The translations under genes were made by a program, and so were the position numbers. From a virus, in the IMG/VR virus record IMGVR_UViG_3300028794_000198, positions 26,049-90,048 of that record: a stretch of DNA of 64,000 nt; one strand, 5' to 3'. The notes below the pieces were generated by a model. The model ran no database searches and was not told the DNA's origin. It was given only the letters and a program-made list of their open reading frames with translations. Positions 62,792-64,000 of the stretch are shown in pieces; within the stretch, counting starts at the first letter, position 1; each line of letters starts with the position of its first letter.

Positions 62792-62971
62792 GCCTTGCGA
62801 GTGCCTTGATAGCACTTTTTTAGTGCCCACGGTGGGCCATCTGTCGCTCACGTGGCGTTACGCGTAACACGCCCCATGCAACCCAAACGCTCTTTTTGTG
62901 CGCTCAGTCGCAGGTCAAAAGGCCTGAACCCGGCTAGGTGGTTGCATGGAGGTAGGGCAAGATGGGGAGAC

Positions 62972-63496
62972 ATGGAGTCAGAGCGAGACTGGGAACGCCT
63001 GGGTGCGGCGTTCGCCGAAGCGCGCAAAGCGGCCGACCTCACGCAGGTCGAGGTCGCCACACGCCTGTCTGTGACCCGCACACCCATCCAGGCCATCGAG
63101 CGGGGCAAGCAGCCCAATGGCAATCCCTACGGCAAGGTCACCAGCACTATGCGGGCCTACGCTCGACTCGTCGGCTGGACCGAGGACTCCCCTGCCCGAA
63201 TCCTGCGCGGCGAGGAGCCAGAACCGGCCACCCAGCCCGTTTCCGAGTGGGATGCCGACCCTAAGTCGGACCTGCCGGCGGCCGTCGACCGGGAACTCCG
63301 CTCCGGCAAGACCCTCGACCACGCCGTCGTGAATCTCGGCGGCGAGAACGACGACGACACCCGGTTGATCGTTCTCCTCAAGGGGTCCGAGGATCTCAGC
63401 GAAGAGCAACTCGACGAGCTCTGGCAGAAGTGGCGGAAGATGCGCCGCCAGTTGCAGGCAATCCCCGGCGAATCAGACACCCCACAAGAATCCTGA
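62972..63496 (+). CDS. CI-like XRE repressor
   Basis: LTQVEVA.RLSVTRTPIQAIERG; divergent from cro. Confidence 0.88.
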   Translation: MESERDWERLGAAFAEARKAADLTQVEVATRLSVTRTPIQAIERGKQPNGNPYGKVTSTMRAYARLVGWTEDSPARILRGEEPEPATQPVSEWDADPKSDLPAAVDRELRSGKTLDHAVVNLGGENDDDTRLIVLLKGSEDLSEEQLDELWQKWRKMRRQLQAIPGESDTPQES

Positions 63497-63595
63497 CCCA
63501 TATCCGGTCTCAGACGGTCGACGGTGACTCAAAACTGTGCTTCGATGCACGGACCGTCACCGAGGGGGGGCACTGCTCGGATCGGGGAATTGAGC

Positions 63596-64000
63596 ATGTG
63601 GGTCATGGAAGTTGAGCGCGTCCAAGGTGACTACATAGCGCCAGAGATCGTGGATCTCGAAGGCGGCTGCCTGTTCAGAATCCACGCGGACGACATCAGC
63701 GAAGACGGGCCGAAGATGCTCGCCGAGCTCCTCACCGAGCAGGCGCAGCGCTGGGCCCCCCGCCCTCCCGGATCACCCCTCGGCCCCGTCATCCCAGTGC
63801 GCTGGATGTGCGTACCCGACCTGCCCGACCCCTTCGCCATAGGGGTCGACGACGGCCCCGACGCGATCACATACACCATCGACTCGTCGATCCTCAGCCA
63901 GCGCGCCGGCGACTTCCTCGGCCATCTCGACACTGAGCGATCTCCGTACTGGCAGCGTGTACCCAAGGGCTACCACGACGGCGAAACCGGCGCCGAGTAG
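63596..64000 (+). CDS. Hypothetical protein
   Basis: ATG at 63596, TAG at the window end. Confidence 0.65.
   Translation: MWVMEVERVQGDYIAPEIVDLEGGCLFRIHADDISEDGPKMLAELLTEQAQRWAPRPPGSPLGPVIPVRWMCVPDLPDPFAIGVDDGPDAITYTIDSSILSQRAGDFLGHLDTERSPYWQRVPKGYHDGETGAE

Larger units (their letters stand above)
1..64000. mobile_element. Temperate siphophage/prophage of a high-GC actinomycete (partial; extends past both window ends)
   Basis: Portal-terminase-HNH, replication, recombination and cI/cro modules in canonical order; dense ATGA/GTGA gene overlaps. Confidence 0.95.

Noticed and set aside
62289-64000. Integrase/attachment site
   Set aside because: Not in the window; expected beyond the right end

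Overview
High-GC actinobacterial (Streptomyces-like) temperate siphophage/prophage DNA, mostly on the minus strand. From right to left: (1) a cI/cro-like switch at 62.5-63.5 kb. (2) An early operon that starts with a stand-alone Cas7/RAMP-like gene (60219-60890) behind a ~720-bp array of 17 units, each a GTC anchor plus 6-10 pentamers with a near-invariant first base. This looks like a non-CRISPR RNA-guided system and is the top finding. (3) A beta-clamp-like gene, YqaJ/RecT recombination genes, two C5 DNA methyltransferases, a CoiA-like nuclease, an orphan Phd antitoxin, and a lambda-O-like initiator with iterons, helicase loader and DnaB. (4) An embedded Streptomyces plasmid/AICE-type conjugation module: TraB-like translocase, Spd-like proteins, clt-like inverted 11-bp repeat arms, a KorSA-like GntR regulator, a Pif-like Nudix protein and a free FtsK-gamma domain. 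(5) Many small hypothetical genes. (6) A late region with two tandem three-gene putative fibre modules, a glycan-synthesis cluster, HNH, a candidate cos site, a prim-pol gene, terminase small and large subunits and the start of the portal gene. No integrase, tRNA, rRNA or canonical CRISPR array is visible. All family calls come from reading motifs by eye; no database search was run.
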